From Octopus sinensis (lineage: Eukaryota), in the NCBI RefSeq assembly GCF_006345805.1, contig NC_042998.1, positions 194,680,001-194,744,000 of the forward strand: DNA of 64,000 nucleotides, in the 5' to 3' direction. A program made the position numbers and the translations under genes. The notes under the pieces are model-generated. The model ran no database searches. It saw nothing but the letters and a program-made list of their open reading frames with translations, and was not told where the DNA came from. Of this stretch, positions 63,490-64,000 are shown in pieces (positions within the stretch are counted from its first letter, which is position 1; each line of letters begins with the position of its first letter).

Positions 63490-64000
63490 TGTCTTCTTGA
63501 GTCTCCTTCTTCCGTGATTTCCATCCACTTTAAGTGATCAGTATTTATTTATGCACCTGTCCTCATCTATATGCATCACATGGCTAAACCAGTGCAGTCT
63601 TCTTTCTTGCACACTGCATCTGGTTCCTCTTATGACTAACTTTTCTCTCAATACATTTGCACTTGCCATACATGCACATTAACATAGCACATTCAGCAGA
63701 GCATACTATCTTCATTCTTCTCTAATCTTTGTATGTCCTTTGCATTCAGGGCCCATGTTTCACTGCCATGCAGACTTGCTTTACATAGGCGTTCACGAGA
63801 TACACGCGGTCGATACGGCGACGTGGTCCGTCCTGTAAAATCCCGAAAGATGGCAACTATAAAATGACAATTATAAAATCAGCCTTTCACTCACAGAGAA
63901 CATCTTTTTTTGCCAACAGAAGTAACAGCTATCTGATTGTTCTCCATCCTATTCTTCTTCTAGTAACCACACTTTCAGACATCCTCCTCCACTGCTAATT
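63490..64000 (-). mobile_element. RTE LINE fragment (post-RT region)
   Basis: LHGSETWALNAKDIQRLEKNEDSMLC...QERRLHWFSHVM; same family as 39500-39780. Confidence 0.75.

Overview
Repeat-dense eukaryotic DNA, most likely an octopus. This is inferred from the tRNA-derived SINE families, the very abundant (CATA)n/(TA)n/(GAT)n microsatellites and a cephalopod-type protamine. There is one 100-N scaffold gap at 12095-12194. Two host genes are supportable, both on the minus strand. (1) A compact intronless protamine-precursor gene (CDS 13757->13443, 104 aa) with TATA, CCAAT and E-box promoter elements and an AATAAA signal; its pro-region carries three successive Gly-Gly|Arg junctions ahead of a 44-aa Arg/Gly/Ser core. 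(2) A two-exon TREX1/TREX2-like DEDDh 3'-5' exonuclease (59782->59506 + 55726->55029, 324 aa) with a ~94-aa loop rich in CDK-type sites. The rest is mobile DNA: a decayed Naiad-type Penelope-like element with pseudo-LTRs that carry a hammerhead ribozyme, RTE/CR1/R4-type LINE fragments, SINEs, mariner/hAT/piggyBac MITEs, and several local inverted and tandem duplications. Most ORFs in the supplied track are microsatellite artefacts. Family assignments come from motif recognition by eye, not from database searches.
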